In this document: positions 19,314-29,591 of the stretch, piece after piece
Numbering within the stretch: the first letter of the stretch is position 1
Layout: each line of letters opens with the position of its first letter
Assembly: GCA_038883655.1 (NCBI GenBank)
Contig: JAVZLQ010000004.1
Coordinates: 1 to 64,000, forward strand
From: Candidatus Bathyarchaeia archaeon
Lineage (GTDB): Archaea; Thermoproteota; Bathyarchaeia; Bathyarchaeales; Bathycorpusculaceae
Direction: 5' to 3'
Length of the DNA: 64,000 nucleotides
Program-made: the position numbers and the translations under genes
Notes under the pieces: generated by a model
What the model was told of the DNA's origin: nothing
What the model saw: the letters and a program-made list of their open reading frames with translations, nothing else
Databases searched by the model: none

Positions 19314-19858
19314 TCTTCCATTCCCTCGGTTCTTTCATAAACGTATATGCCGTCTAGGAAAACACGTGGGTCCTTCTTTTTCACTTTTGTTGCTTGTTCG
19401 ATGTTTGCTGCTGTTTGGCTGACTTCTTCCAGGTTTATGCCTTGAATAATAATGTCTTCGCTTAAAACTTTGATTTTCGGATTTCCAATTATTTTCGCCT
19501 TTCTTGGGTTTCTTTCGCCAGTGAAATTCTCAATAAAAACGTAATTGTCTTTGACCTTGACTGATATTGGGAAGTGAGAGAAAACTATTTTTAGTTTGTA
19601 TGTGAAACCTTTCTGAACGCCCTTTATCATGTTTTGGATGTGGGCGCAAATCGTGCCTACGAGTGCCGCCTCCTTTTTGCTTGGCCATTCAGCCCAAATG
19701 TTGATTTCCCTATCCTTAAGTTCAATTGATATTGGGGCGTATGAAAAGTCTCTTGTCAGCGTTCCCTTGGCGCCTCTAACAGTCACTCTTTTTCCCTCTA
19801 GTGTGACTTCGACGTCTTCTGGCACGCGAATTGTCCTTGAAACTTCTATTGCCCGCAT
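19310..19858 (-). CDS. rpl6: 50S ribosomal protein uL6
   Basis: HIQNMIKGV, SHFP, NFTGE, DPRVFLDGIY. Confidence 0.96.
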   Translation of the reverse strand: MRAIEVSRTIRVPEDVEVTLEGKRVTVRGAKGTLTRDFSYAPISIELKDREINIWAEWPSKKEAALVGTICAHIQNMIKGVQKGFTYKLKIVFSHFPISVKVKDNYVFIENFTGERNPRKAKIIGNPKIKVLSEDIIIQGINLEEVSQTAANIEQATKVKKKDPRVFLDGIYVYERTEGMEE

Positions 19859-19870
19859 CTAAAAGCCTCC

Positions 19871-20272
19871 TTAATAGACGAATGCTATCAGTTTGCCTCC
19901 AACGTGTTTTTCTTTTGCCTCTCTATGGGACATTAGGCCTTTTGATGTTGAAATTACGAGTATTCCAACGTCTCTTGATGGAAGAAACTTTTTCTCCCAA
20001 TCCTCTATCTCGTCAACCCCAACAGAAAAACGTGGTCTTATCGCGCCACACTTGTTTATTCTGCCTAAAAGCTGAACTTTAAACTTTCCAGAACGCCCAT
20101 CATCTATAAATTCAAACTCGCCAATGTACCCGTTTAACTGCATTATACGCAAGACTCTGCCCAAAAGTTTGGAGGCTGGGCTAATGACGCATTCTCTTTT
20201 GTTGCGCGCCTCATTGTTCAATATTGCTGTCAAACCATTCGACACCGTGTCCATCACAACATCCTCTTTCAC
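19871..20272 (-). CDS. rps8: 30S ribosomal protein uS8
   Basis: [31 protein letters not shown]. Confidence 0.96.
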   Translation of the reverse strand: MKEDVVMDTVSNGLTAILNNEARNKRECVISPASKLLGRVLRIMQLNGYIGEFEFIDDGRSGKFKVQLLGRINKCGAIRPRFSVGVDEIEDWEKKFLPSRDVGILVISTSKGLMSHREAKEKHVGGKLIAFVY

Positions 20273-20433
20273 TCATACTTTTTAAACCCAAGTTTTTTGG
20301 CAACTTCCCTAAAACAATGCCTACACAAATATAAATTGTAACGTCGAATAACAGGCCCGTATGACCCGCATCTGCTGCATGGCCTTGCCCCTTTGCCGTA
20401 TTTTCTTTCCTTTTTAGGTTTTATTTTACCCAT
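20269..20433 (-). CDS. rps14: 30S ribosomal protein uS14 (Zn-binding; below ORF-track cutoff)
   Basis: Manual translation [54 protein letters not shown]. Confidence 0.95.
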   Translation of the reverse strand: MGKIKPKKERKYGKGARPCSRCGSYGPVIRRYNLYLCRHCFREVAKKLGFKKYE

Positions 20434-20447
20434 CTAAGCCCTCCGCC

Positions 20448-20996
20448 TCATACTACTTCAACTCCAAGAGCGTCTTTAACGAAAAACATGGCTTCCTCCG
20501 GCGTTAAAACATGTTTCGAGCCCACCTTCGCCTTTCCAATCCTGCGCTCTTTCACACGGTATCCGGGACGACTTAAGGAAACGCATACGTCCATGCCGAA
20601 TATTCCTATTTCTGGGTCATACTTTACTCCTGGAATTTCTATATGTTCTTTTATGCCAAATGCAAAATTGCCATGCGTGTCGAAACTTTCTCTTGAAATT
20701 TTGTTGTCAACTACTGGCAGGACTTTCTTTAAAAATTCTATTGCGCGCTGTTTTCTGAGGGTCACCATGCACGCCATTGGTTCGCCCCTTCTTATTCCGA
20801 AGTCCCTTATGGTTTTCTTTGCTTTCCTCTTACACGGCGTCTGCCCAGTTAATTCCTTCAAAACTTTCGTTGCCTTCTCGAGGGGTTCCCCGGACTTTCC
20901 AACGCTTATGTTTACAACTACTTTAGCTATTCTTGGTTTAAGCATCGGCTGGTTTTCCCACGTCTTGCGGATTTCATCTTCAGACAATCGCTGCAA
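20448..20996 (-). CDS. rpl5: 50S ribosomal protein uL5
   Basis: KVVVNISVG, TIRDFGIR, FGIKEHI, GIFGMDV. Confidence 0.96.
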   Translation of the reverse strand: MQRLSEDEIRKTWENQPMLKPRIAKVVVNISVGKSGEPLEKATKVLKELTGQTPCKRKAKKTIRDFGIRRGEPMACMVTLRKQRAIEFLKKVLPVVDNKISRESFDTHGNFAFGIKEHIEIPGVKYDPEIGIFGMDVCVSLSRPGYRVKERRIGKAKVGSKHVLTPEEAMFFVKDALGVEVV

Positions 20997-21747
20997 CCTC
21001 CGGAAGAGTTATTGTCGGTTTGTTTTCTCCCAACGCAAAGGTGAAGTTCAGAATTGTTTGGTATTTTGTTCCATTTTCAGCCTCTATTGTCACTAAGGCG
21101 TTTCTTCGTTTCTTGTTCTCAACCTTTTCAATTTCGATGATTTTACCGTGTTTTCCAACGTTTTTTCCACCAGTAATTATGGCGTAGCATCCCTCATCCA
21201 TCTTTATGTGTTCAAGGATTTGTTTATCTGGCAAACTTATTTTTAGAGTGTCGAAGGTTTTGTAGATGTCTTCTTGCGGGTTCTTTGTATCCGCAACTTT
21301 GATTTGAATGTTAGAACCGTCGTGAAGGTGAAGTTGCACATGTCCTCCTTTAAGGGTGGTTTTGTTTTCTATTCTGCAGAGCTTGAAGGTGATTTCTTCC
21401 TTGCTTATAGGGTGCAAAATTAAACCTTTTTCTGCTGGTAAAATTCTGAAGTGCTGGTTAACCTCTGGTATTGATATAACATCCATCAAGCCTACTGGAA
21501 AATCGTCTGTGCGCCTAATCCTCCCGTCAACATGAACTTTTCCATCAGCAACTATCTTTTTTGCCTCTTTCCTCGTTTTGGCAAATCCCAGCATGTCACG
21601 CAAAATTATGGTTAAGGGCAAGCTTTTCTCGGTTGCATGTGGTCCGGGAGAAGGTTTCACAATCCAAACGCTTTCTTTTCTATGGATGGGCCAAAATCTT
21701 GGGGCTGGTTTGCGTTTTAGTCCCTTTGACTCACCTTTTCTTCCCAT
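20980..21747 (-). CDS. rps4e: 30S ribosomal protein eS4
   Basis: [34 protein letters not shown]. Confidence 0.96.
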   Translation of the reverse strand: MGRKGESKGLKRKPAPRFWPIHRKESVWIVKPSPGPHATEKSLPLTIILRDMLGFAKTRKEAKKIVADGKVHVDGRIRRTDDFPVGLMDVISIPEVNQHFRILPAEKGLILHPISKEEITFKLCRIENKTTLKGGHVQLHLHDGSNIQIKVADTKNPQEDIYKTFDTLKISLPDKQILEHIKMDEGCYAIITGGKNVGKHGKIIEIEKVENKKRRNALVTIEAENGTKYQTILNFTFALGENKPTITLPEVAAIV

Positions 21748-22378
21748 TTTCACGTTTCTCCTTCAGTTTCTTTGCGGATTTTCGTTTAGTCCTAGTTTTT
21801 CTTGGCTTTTTCTTTTCTAACATCTCTTCTTTTGCTGTTTCCTTCTCGGCCTTTTCCGCTGGCGCTTTCTTTGAAACTCTTTTTCTACGTTTAGGCTTGG
21901 GCTTTTCAAGCGGTTTTTCTGCAACAGCCTCTTTTTCTGGCTCTATACTTTCTTCAGTAATTTTTTCGGGAGGCTTTTCCACGACTTCTTCAACCCTTGC
22001 CAAGATGCCCTTCTTTCTTTCCAAGATTTTTTTACGCCATTTATCGTCTAGGTTTAGTTTTGTTATCATAACTTTTGATGGATGAATCGGAACAAAAACT
22101 GTTGTTCCATCAACCTTCTCGCGTGTTAAACCTTCCACATAAATCCTATACTTTTCTCTGTCGACGCGTGTAACTTTCCCCTCAAACCCTTTGTGATCAC
22201 CCCTCAATACGCGGACAGTGTCTCCGCTTCTAACTGGTAGACTTTTTACTTTGTGAGTGGTTCTTAATTCGGGTGAAAGTGGGGCTGCGAAGAGTTTTTG
22301 GCGTATGTGGTCTGGCGCCTTGAAAACCATTTTTCGCTGTTTTGAAGGTTTACTTGGCATGGTTTTTATTGTTTGCAT
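21731..22378 (-). CDS. rpl24: 50S ribosomal protein uL24 with long Lys/Glu-rich tail
   Basis: [26 protein letters not shown]. Confidence 0.95.
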   Translation of the reverse strand: MQTIKTMPSKPSKQRKMVFKAPDHIRQKLFAAPLSPELRTTHKVKSLPVRSGDTVRVLRGDHKGFEGKVTRVDREKYRIYVEGLTREKVDGTTVFVPIHPSKVMITKLNLDDKWRKKILERKKGILARVEEVVEKPPEKITEESIEPEKEAVAEKPLEKPKPKRRKRVSKKAPAEKAEKETAKEEMLEKKKPRKTRTKRKSAKKLKEKRENGKKR

Positions 22379-22388
22379 AATATTTCAC

Positions 22389-22829
22389 CTACACGATTAT
22401 TGTTGCGGCACTTGCAATCCTCGGCCACCTTTCTGCGGCTTCTCTTGCCACTGGACCGCGGATTTCGGAGCCTTTCATTTCCCCGTCTGGAGTTATTATT
22501 ACTGCGGCGTTATCTTCAAATTGGACCCAGACGCCTTCTGCTCTCCTGAACGGTTTTCTCTGTCTAACGACTACTGCCTGGAAGATTTTCTTTCGCATAT
22601 CTGGTGTCCCATGCCTAACGGAAACTGTGATTCTGTCGCCTACTGCCGCTGATGGGTAGCGGCGCAGTCTTCCCTTGTAGCCCATAACTTGAATTAGGCG
22701 CAGTTCTCTTGCGCCAGTATTATCTGCACATCGGAGTATTGCACCCATTGGCAATCCGCGTGATATTTTCGGTCCGTGTCCAAGCATTCCCTTCGCAACA
22801 AGTGCACGTTGTTTTGCTTTTGCCGCCAT
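22389..22829 (-). CDS. rpl14: 50S ribosomal protein uL14
   Basis: [23 protein letters not shown]. Confidence 0.97.
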   Translation of the reverse strand: MAAKAKQRALVAKGMLGHGPKISRGLPMGAILRCADNTGARELRLIQVMGYKGRLRRYPSAAVGDRITVSVRHGTPDMRKKIFQAVVVRQRKPFRRAEGVWVQFEDNAAVIITPDGEMKGSEIRGPVAREAAERWPRIASAATIIV

Positions 22830-22830
22830 C

Positions 22831-23148
22831 CTACTTTTCCTCCAACTTTTCAACAACAACGAAGGAAACTGTCTTGCTTATTGGTCTGCACTCGGCTATT
22901 ATTACGCGGTCTCCCTCTTTCGCGTCTATGCATGGCGGGTTATGCGAAGGAATGCGACTATGCCTTCGCTCATATCTCATGAACTTTGGAACGTAATGAA
23001 GATAATCGCGTTTAACAATAACAGTCTTATCCATTTTCGCGCTTACGACATAGCCCTCTAAAACTCGCCCTCTCACGGGTAAGTCGCCGTGAAATGGGCA
23101 GTTTCTGTCATTGCATGTTTTTTTAGGCTTCTTAAATGTGAGCGACAT
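22831..23148 (-). CDS. rps17: 30S ribosomal protein uS17
   Basis: [17 protein letters not shown]. Confidence 0.96.
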   Translation of the reverse strand: MSLTFKKPKKTCNDRNCPFHGDLPVRGRVLEGYVVSAKMDKTVIVKRDYLHYVPKFMRYERRHSRIPSHNPPCIDAKEGDRVIIAECRPISKTVSFVVVEKLEEK

Positions 23149-23435
23149 TACCATAGCCTCCTTAGACGCCTTTTCAGTCGGTCTTCGGGTCTTCCAACCA
23201 AAAGTTTGCCGTCAATTTCAACAACTGTTCCATCTGGAAAGCTGAAGTGGAAAACCGCCGAATCTTTTACAATAATTTTCCTTTTTCCTTCATGTTCATG
23301 TAAAATCGTGAAAGTGTTTCGTGTTTCGTCTATTACCTTGCCAGCTAATCCAACACAGCTTGGATTGGTGCTTTTTGCAACTTTCGCTTTTGTTCCAATG
23401 AATTCATAACGGATTATGTCTGGCGTAACCTTCAT
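23148..23435 (-). CDS. rnp1: RNase P protein Rpp29 (Pop4)
   Basis: EFIG, GKVIDETRNT, IDGKLLVGRPEDR. Confidence 0.93.
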   Translation of the reverse strand: MKVTPDIIRYEFIGTKAKVAKSTNPSCVGLAGKVIDETRNTFTILHEHEGKRKIIVKDSAVFHFSFPDGTVVEIDGKLLVGRPEDRLKRRLRRLW

Positions 23436-23671
23436 TTCTTCTCCGCCCCCTCTTTTCCAGCCTTTGCCAGTTTCGCCTTCTCTTCCCTCTCTATGGTTAG
23501 TATTCTTGCAATTGTCTTGCGGAGTTCTCTCATCATTGATGGATTTTCCACAGCACCACCAGCCTTAATCATCGTTTTAAGTCTAACAAGCTCTGTCCTT
23601 AACTCCCTAAGCTTCTTCATCCTTTCTTCAGAAGACATCCCTCGTATTTCCTTAACCCGCAGAATAGGCAC
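23432..23671 (-). CDS. rpl29: 50S ribosomal protein uL29
   Basis: LRVKEIR, LRELRTEL, RKTIARILT. Confidence 0.95.
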   Translation of the reverse strand: MPILRVKEIRGMSSEERMKKLRELRTELVRLKTMIKAGGAVENPSMMRELRKTIARILTIEREEKAKLAKAGKEGAEKK

Positions 23672-24378
23672 TACTCTTCTTCCTCCTCTTCTGCCTTTTC
23701 CTCGCTTACTTCGCCGGTTTTCGCTTCCTCGTCGGCAACCTCAAGCGCTTCTTCAGCTGGCTTTTCCTCTTCTGGTGGTGGGGCTTCAGCTATCTGGATT
23801 TTGTCTGGAAAAACAGCGTCTGGAGGCATTATCCTGACCTTTACTCCAAATATTCCTGGTTTGAGTTGTACGTGAACTTCTGCCTTTCGCATGTATTTCA
23901 TCGGGGGATCTCCGCATCGTGGCAAGTATCCAGCTCTAAACTTTTCGTATCTAGCCCTTTCCGTCCTCAACTTTCCACTTATAACTATTTCAACGCCTAA
24001 TGCTCCAGCTTCCATAACTTGGTTTAGAGCCCAAAATCCAGCCCTTCTGAAGTGAACCCCTCTTTCAAGGGCTGCCGCAATTCGTGAAGCCACAACGTAG
24101 GGGTTTAACTCTGGAATTTCAATTTCAGAAACGGAAATTTGCGGGTTTGGAACTTTAAACTTCTTCTCCAAAATTGTTGCAAGTTCCTTTATTGTTTCGC
24201 CGCCGCGCCCAATAACTAAGCCTGGGCGCATGGCGTAAATGACTATGTGGGTTCCAAGCGGGGTTCTGGAAATCGTCACCCCGCCGTAACCTGCCTTCTC
24301 AAGTTTTTTCTGCAAGAATTCGTCGATTTCCGTTCTTTTTATAGACTCTGAAATAAAATGTTTCACGGCTGCCATCAA
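23671..24378 (-). CDS. rps3: 30S ribosomal protein uS3
   Basis: RPGLVIGRGG KH domain, LERGVHFRRA, SGKL..ERA. Confidence 0.97.
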   Translation of the reverse strand: MMAAVKHFISESIKRTEIDEFLQKKLEKAGYGGVTISRTPLGTHIVIYAMRPGLVIGRGGETIKELATILEKKFKVPNPQISVSEIEIPELNPYVVASRIAAALERGVHFRRAGFWALNQVMEAGALGVEIVISGKLRTERARYEKFRAGYLPRCGDPPMKYMRKAEVHVQLKPGIFGVKVRIMPPDAVFPDKIQIAEAPPPEEEKPAEEALEVADEEAKTGEVSEEKAEEEEEE

Positions 24379-24860
24379 GTTTCACCCGACTCTGCTTGCT
24401 CTTCTAAGGCTACCTCAACGTGCGTTAGCGTTTCAAAGTCTGGTGTTGCTCTTCCATGAGCCCTCGGCATATAACGCTTAATCTTCATTCCAGGATAGGC
24501 GCATGCATGAATTATCTTTAGTCTTTCAGCGTCCAAGCCCTTGTATTCCGCATTTGCCTCTGCGCCTTCAAGAATCTTAAGAATGTGTTTTGCGGCTTTT
24601 ACCGGGTATCTGCCCGCATATGCCTTTTCAATTCCGTGGCGGTGTCCTGCCTTCTTTTTAAACCGTTTGAATGGAACTGCCTTTTTCTTGGCTATAACGT
24701 CTTTTAGGAATTGCTTTGCCTGAGTGAGTGTCATTCCCTTAATTGTTCTACATATTTCGTGGGCGGATTTATGGGATACTCTAATCTCTCGCCCACTTGC
24801 CTTTACGGTTTTTTCTGGGTCTAATTCTTCTTCTGCTATTGAGTATCCCCATTTTGGCAC
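24375..24860 (-). CDS. rpl22: 50S ribosomal protein uL22
   Basis: VSHK, VPFKRF, GRYPVKAA, PRAHGRA; GTG start inferred. Confidence 0.95.
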   Translation of the reverse strand: MPKWGYSIAEEELDPEKTVKASGREIRVSHKSAHEICRTIKGMTLTQAKQFLKDVIAKKKAVPFKRFKKKAGHRHGIEKAYAGRYPVKAAKHILKILEGAEANAEYKGLDAERLKIIHACAYPGMKIKRYMPRAHGRATPDFETLTHVEVALEEQAESGET

Positions 24861-25020
24861 TTTATGCGCACTCCAACTGTGCAATTGAACAGCGTCGATG
24901 CGATTTATATGGTTTTCCTTTAGCGTAACATTTTTCAGAAGAATCAGACTTTATAAACATTCTATTCCACTTTTAAAGCGGTTCATTAGCTGAACTTGTG
25001 GGCAAGAAACATTTGATAAA

Positions 25021-25913
25021 TTATCTTTTGGCTTTCGGCTTGTAAAATAGAAGCAGTATTCCTATCAAAGCAAGTACTATCCCCATAATTTGTGGCGGCT
25101 CAAAGTTCTCGCCTAGAATTGTTGTTGAAAATGCTGCCGCGGATAGTGGTTCTATTAGGGATAGTATGCTTCCTTTTGTGGATTCGACATATTTTAGGGC
25201 GTGGGAGAATAATAGGTAAGCTGTCAATGAAGGAAATAGCGCTATTGCGCATATTAAATACCATAGTTCAGGCGTGTAACTTGCAATTTCTGGGTAAACA
25301 AAGAGGAGTGCTGGTGCCAAGGCTATTGCACCTATTCCGTCGCCGTAAAAAAGCAATGTCCAGTTAGTGTAATGTTCTCTCAGCTTTTTGGTCATCAAAA
25401 AATAGAGCGCGAAAAGAACGCTTGTTAATATTCCAAAGGCTAGCCCAAGTGTATTAGCGTTAAGCCATGATGTTTCATAGGCTCTCACGATAAGTGCAAC
25501 ACCAAAGAATGCTAGTGTTATTGCAGTTATCGTTAACGGAGTTATTCTTTCTTTCAGGAATATTGCAGTGTAGGCCGTGATGAATATTGGGTAAGTGTAA
25601 AACATTATGGCTGCTATTGTTGCTGTTGTCAAGTCCACAGTGTAGAAGTAGGCTACTCTTTGGAGGGCAACCGCAAACACGCCGAACAAGATTAGTTGGG
25701 GTAAGTGTTGCCTTCTAATTTTGAGCAGTTTCCTATTAAAGATGGCTATTGAAAACAGCGCCGTGGCGGACGAAATTACTATTCTCAGCGCCGTTAGTGT
25801 AATTGGGTAATTGGGCGTATGCCATATGCGAATGCCATTTTTCCGAATATGCCCATTGTTCCCCAAATCACTGATGCAGCGGCGATTAGCAGGTATCCCT
25901 TAGCCCTTTCCAT
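25021..25913 (-). pseudogene. EamA/DMT-family transporter, frameshifted by an 8-bp duplication
   Basis: ATG at 25913 gives MERAKGYLLIAAASVIWGTMGIFGKMAFAYGIRPIT then stops. Removing one copy of the tandem taattggg (25800-25815) joins it in frame to the 10-TM EamA body (YTYP, IEP, LGE). Confidence 0.8.
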
Positions 25914-26030
25914 AGCCAGTCAAAAACGTTTCCAAACTTAAAAATTGATGGGATATTTTTCGCTTTTTTACGATTTATTTATGTTCAACTTTGGGGTATG
26001 TATTCAAACTGAAGGCGAGTGTGAAAGGGT

Positions 26031-27098
26031 TTGACGGTTAAAGATGAGCGTATTACCATGTTGCATGGCGCTGGCGGAACGGTGATGCACGATTTAGTTA
26101 AGAACTATATTGTGAAGTACTTTGGCGGCACGTCAGATTTTGAGGTGCCTCTCGAGGCTTTGGATGACGCCGCGGTTGTAGGCGACATTGTTTTGAAAAG
26201 TGATTCGCATGCTGTCAAGCCAATCTTCTTTCCAGGCGGCGATATTGGGCGTTTAGCTGTTTCTGGAACCGTCAATGATATTGCTGTTTTGGGCGCTGAA
26301 CCTTATGCTTTGGCTTGCGGTTTCGTTTTGGAGGAAGGTTTAGCTTTGGCTGATTTTGAAAGAATTTTGGTTAGTATGAGGCAGACCTGCCTTGAAGCTG
26401 GTGTAAGCATAGTTACTGGCGACACGAAGGTTGTGGAGAAAGGAAGCCTTGGCGGATGTATAATTAATGTTTCTGGAGTTGGCGGAAGAACAGCAGCTTT
26501 AGACAGCAACATTGGAGTTGTCAGGCGCTTTAGAAAGGGCTTCAACGCACGTTGGATTTTAGACTCAAACCTTGCTGTTGGAGATAAAATAATCCTTTCC
26601 GGGACTATAGGCGACCACGGTTTGGCTGTCTTGTCCGCGCAAGAGGGCTTAAACTTTGGAAGCGACATAAAATCCGATGTTAAGCCATTAAATCGTCTAA
26701 TTCAGCGTTTGCTGGGCGAGATTGGCGGCATAGTCGCCATGAAAGACCCCACCAGAGGCGGTTTGGCAGATGCCCTAAACGAGTTTAGCGAAAAATCCCA
26801 TGTCGGCATACTTGTTTATGAAGAACGTATTCCCATAAGGGGCAATGTTAAAGCAGCATGTGAAATGTTGGGTTTAGATCCACTCGAAATTGGAAATGAA
26901 GGAAAAATAATCCTAGGCGTGATAAAGGAGAAGGCAAATGAGGTTCTAGATTTCTTAAGGGCGACTGAAGAGGGAAAAGGCGCGGAAATCATAGGCGAAG
27001 CCACAGCGGACTTTGATGGCGTTGCTATGCAGACGGTTGTTGGCGGAAAAAGGATTATTCCTAGACCGGTTGGCGACCCTGTTCCAAGGATATGTTAG
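26031..27098 (+). CDS. hypE: Hydrogenase maturation carbamoyl dehydratase HypE
   Basis: HGAGG, FFPGGDIG, GTVND, GDTKVV, MKDPTRGG, C-terminal PRIC. Confidence 0.95.
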   Translation: MTVKDERITMLHGAGGTVMHDLVKNYIVKYFGGTSDFEVPLEALDDAAVVGDIVLKSDSHAVKPIFFPGGDIGRLAVSGTVNDIAVLGAEPYALACGFVLEEGLALADFERILVSMRQTCLEAGVSIVTGDTKVVEKGSLGGCIINVSGVGGRTAALDSNIGVVRRFRKGFNARWILDSNLAVGDKIILSGTIGDHGLAVLSAQEGLNFGSDIKSDVKPLNRLIQRLLGEIGGIVAMKDPTRGGLADALNEFSEKSHVGILVYEERIPIRGNVKAACEMLGLDPLEIGNEGKIILGVIKEKANEVLDFLRATEEGKGAEIIGEATADFDGVAMQTVVGGKRIIPRPVGDPVPRIC

Positions 27099-27102
27099 GC
27101 TT

Positions 27103-27429
27103 TTATGCGTATTTTTTGCATTTGTAGCAGTACCAACGCTGATACTGCGGAACATATGTGAGCGGCCCCCTGCATGTTGGGCATACTTGCGGGGCTTGTG
27201 GAGCTTGCGTCGGTTCTGGCTTTAGAAGTACAAAGTCTCCCACTGCTTGTACTTGTTCCCATGGTATGTTTCTTCCTTCACCTTTCTTGCTTTCAACGTA
27301 AAGCGAAACTCCAGTTTTTCCAACAATGAACGAAACGTCCTTAACGGTCCCTACCAAATGTCCTTCAGCATCTATAACTTGCATTCCGATAAGCGTGTCC
27401 TTTGTGACGCCTTTTTCCTGTTTGGACAT
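27103..27429 (-). CDS. PRC-barrel protein with C-terminal zinc ribbon
   Basis: LIGMQVIDAEG..VGTVKDV, IPWEQVQAVGDFVLL; tail CPTCRGPLTYVPQYQRWYCYKCKKYA. Confidence 0.8.
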   Translation of the reverse strand: MSKQEKGVTKDTLIGMQVIDAEGHLVGTVKDVSFIVGKTGVSLYVESKKGEGRNIPWEQVQAVGDFVLLKPEPTQAPQAPQVCPTCRGPLTYVPQYQRWYCYKCKKYA

Positions 27430-28182
27430 AAACAAACCTCCATTTACATAGCTATATCCATGTTAACTTAAATAATTTCCCCATTTACTTTTATGCCAAA
27501 TTCCAAATCAGAATCTAGGCTTAAGCTTGGGTTAACATCCCTAAACAAATGTTAAATATCAAAATGGGAAACCTTTATTCTACGGATTGTGAGGAAACGA
27601 AATGAGCATAAAAGAAGAAGGCTACCTACACGACTACATCGTCGCTGGAATAGTCGGGTTCGCCATTGGAATGGCTATTGCTAGCGGTGGTGCCACCTTC
27701 ATAAATGTTGGCTGGATTTTTGGGGTTGACTGGAGTCGTGTTGCTGCGCAGGCATTTATTGCTGGGTTGTTCGGGTACTTCCCAGGCGGATTTGTTGCGG
27801 GTTATCTTAACTTTCGCTTGCACAAAACCGATGACAAGAGGATGGACGCTTTAGCGGTTGGTGTTTTAACACTAATAATACATTTGTTCATCACATTGTT
27901 CATGGCAATATTTGGCACAGCAATCTACTCTGGAAACCTCAGCACCAGCATGGGTCAATGGGCTCTATCGCTTCTTTTTGCAGTAATATTCTATCCACTT
28001 GGAACTTACTGCGCAGCAATAATGGAAGAAAAAACCGTACCGCTTCCACAATTCCTCAAATTCAAACTCGCTCCAGCCGCACCACCACCTCCACCACCGC
28101 CCGGCGTTGAGGTTTGTCCTACATGTGGCGGTCCATTGACTTATATTCCGCAGTATCAGCGTTGGTACTGCTACAAATGCAA
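27116..28182. repeat. 37-bp perfect inverted repeat (27116-27152 / 28146-28182) within the 3' ends of two divergent genes
   Basis: ttccgcagtatcagcgttggtactgctacaaatgcaa at 28146 and its reverse complement at 27116. Confidence 0.85.
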
Positions 28183-28195
28183 GAAGTATGCTTAA
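27602..28195 (+). CDS. 4-TM membrane protein with poly-Pro linker and C-terminal zinc ribbon
   Basis: Four hydrophobic segments, APPPPPPPG, CPTCGGPLTYIPQYQRWYCYKCKKYA. Confidence 0.8.
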   Translation: MSIKEEGYLHDYIVAGIVGFAIGMAIASGGATFINVGWIFGVDWSRVAAQAFIAGLFGYFPGGFVAGYLNFRLHKTDDKRMDALAVGVLTLIIHLFITLFMAIFGTAIYSGNLSTSMGQWALSLLFAVIFYPLGTYCAAIMEEKTVPLPQFLKFKLAPAAPPPPPPPGVEVCPTCGGPLTYIPQYQRWYCYKCKKYA

Positions 28196-28224
28196 CATCG
28201 TTAGTCTCCACTTTTCTTTGTTAG

Positions 28225-29310
28225 TTAGTTTGGGTTTTTGGCTTTAGCCCATATTCGGCATGTTCCTTCTACGCTTACCATGCATGCGCCAACCGGCTTT
28301 TGCGGCGTACATGTCTTCATAAATAGGGGGCATTCCGTCGGCTTTATCTTGCCAATTATTACTAGGTGGCATCTACAGCCATGCTGGATGTCAACGCCAT
28401 GTTCGACTTTTACATTATATTTAAGGTGCGCGTCATATTGTGTATAGTCCTCTTTCAGCGTAAATTTTGAAGAGGCTATGGTGCCGAGCCCTCGCCACAG
28501 TCCATCTTTAACGTCAAAAATCCTGTGCATTATCTCTTGGGCTTTTACGTTGCCATCCCAAGTTACAGCACGGACATACTCGTTTTCCAAGCGAGGTTTT
28601 CCATTTTTCAATTGTTTTAAAATCATGTATACGCCGAACAAGACGTCTAATGGCTCAAATCCAGCCACAACAGTTGGCATGCCATACTTTGTTGGAAAAG
28701 CTTCGTAGGCTTTGAGCCCAATAATGGTGCTCACATGTCCAGGTGCTATGAAGCCATCCAAGTTTAGGTCTTTCATTCCAGCTAAAAGTTCCATTGCAGG
28801 TGGAATCACACGATGAGAAATTAAGAATGTCATGTTTTTCGGCGGCTTTTTTAGGATTTCAATGGCTGTTGATGGGGCTGTTGTTTCGAAGCCAACAGCG
28901 AAAAAAGCGAATTCCTTATTCGACTCCCTTTCAGCCATTTTAACCGCGTCGCTGACGCTATAAACAACACGGACATCTGCGCCCTCGGTTTTAGCGCCCA
29001 AAAGCGAAGTTTTCGAGCCTGGAACACGTAAAACGTCGCCGAAACACGTTATTGTTATGCCTTTTAGGGCTAGCTGCACAGCCTCGTCAATTTCGGATGC
29101 TGGGACTATGCAGACGGGACAGCCTGGACCAGCAATAACTTCGACATTTTGTGGTAGCAAACTTCGTATGCCATAGTGTGTTATTGTCCACTCGTGTGTG
29201 CCGCAGACATGGCAAATTTTGACTGTTTCGTTTTTTGGTGCGGTTTCCCTTATTTTCTCTGCAACTTTCTTTGCGAGTTCTGGGTCTCTGAAGCGCAGTT
29301 TTTCAGTCAT
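28225..29310 (-). CDS. hypD: Hydrogenase maturation protein HypD
   Basis: CGTH, GPGCPVC, GFETT, PGHVS, CMVSVEGTC. Confidence 0.97.
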   Translation of the reverse strand: MTEKLRFRDPELAKKVAEKIRETAPKNETVKICHVCGTHEWTITHYGIRSLLPQNVEVIAGPGCPVCIVPASEIDEAVQLALKGITITCFGDVLRVPGSKTSLLGAKTEGADVRVVYSVSDAVKMAERESNKEFAFFAVGFETTAPSTAIEILKKPPKNMTFLISHRVIPPAMELLAGMKDLNLDGFIAPGHVSTIIGLKAYEAFPTKYGMPTVVAGFEPLDVLFGVYMILKQLKNGKPRLENEYVRAVTWDGNVKAQEIMHRIFDVKDGLWRGLGTIASSKFTLKEDYTQYDAHLKYNVKVEHGVDIQHGCRCHLVIIGKIKPTECPLFMKTCTPQKPVGACMVSVEGTCRIWAKAKNPN

Positions 29311-29546
29311 TTTTCTTCAACTTTTAATTCTGTTTGGAGAATCTCGTTCCACAAGCGTATTGTTTCTAGAGCTTCCTTTTCCTCTAGCACTTGGATTGCG
29401 TATCCAGCGTGAACCAAAACGTAGTCGCCCACTTTGGCGTTCACAAGCATTATATTTATCTCTCTTAAAACGCCTTCTCCAAAGTCAACTTTCGCCTTTT
29501 CGCCTTCAACGCTTATAACTTTCGCAGGAATCGCCAAACACATCAA
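29307..29546 (-). CDS. hypC: Hydrogenase maturation chaperone HypC
   Basis: MCLAIPA, GDYVLVHAGYAI. Confidence 0.96.
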   Translation of the reverse strand: MMCLAIPAKVISVEGEKAKVDFGEGVLREINIMLVNAKVGDYVLVHAGYAIQVLEEKEALETIRLWNEILQTELKVEEK

Positions 29547-29591
29547 TTATCGGCATAAACCAAAACGAGCGAACAATTTATCATTTATGGT

